Of a stretch of 64,000 bases of DNA, positions 63,745 to 64,000 are shown one piece after another. The DNA is from Lama glama (lineage: Eukaryota): the NCBI GenBank assembly GCA_028534125.1, contig CM052824.1:7378001-7442000 (forward strand), read 5' to 3'. The translations under genes and the position numbers were made by a program. A model generated the notes under the pieces. It ran no database searches and had not been told where the DNA came from. It saw only the letters and a program-made list of their open reading frames with translations. Numbering within the stretch: position 1 is the stretch's first letter; each line of letters begins with the position of its first letter.

Positions 63745-64000
63745 TTTTAGTTAAACTTTTTATTTTGAAATAACTTCTTATTCATATGCAGTTATGAGAA
63801 ATAGTGCGAAGACATGCAGTACACCTGTCACCCAGTTTTTCCCAATAATGACATCCTGAAAACACGAGAACAATGTCCCAGTCAGGATACTGGCATTGAT
63901 AGAGTCAGGACAGAACTGCAATGAGAGAACGCTTCCATCACCAGAGGGTCCCTACTGGCCCTTTTATAGCCACTTCTACCTCCATTTTATTGTTTTTTTT
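63745..64000 (-). mobile_element. L1MC-like 3' end, runs off the window
   Basis: aactttttattttgaaataa...cacccagtttttcccaataatgacatc...caggatactggcattgata...ccttttatagccac. Confidence 0.85.

Overview
AT-rich, repeat-dense mammalian genomic DNA with one 145-bp assembly gap. Three short tRNA-derived SINEs resembling camelid Vic-1, plus artiodactyl-type L1 3' ends, point to a camelid (alpaca or camel); this is by eye, not from a database search. I recognise no protein-coding gene, RNA gene or processed pseudogene, and the ORF track is explained by repeats, microsatellites, the gap and chance. Much of the window is transposon fossils: MIR, L2, L3/CR1, old and young L1, MaLR LTRs including two LTR-int-LTR proviruses, an ERV1/MER41-like solo LTR, and hAT and Tigger DNA transposons. 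These alternate with repeat-free blocks that may be conserved regulatory DNA. L1 fragments lie mostly on the minus strand, which suggests a long intron of a + strand gene. The best leads are: (1) a candidate recursive (AG|GTAAG) splice site at 876/877; (2) a MER41-like LTR nested in a MER20B-like element and followed by a CpG-rich patch with a well-formed 72-nt + strand exon; (3) a CpG/GC-gaining patch at about 59.4-59.9 kb consistent with GC-biased gene conversion; (4) a nested, head-to-head MaLR provirus cluster. I found no convincing evidence of a wholly new biological system. Subfamily names and most repeat boundaries are approximate.
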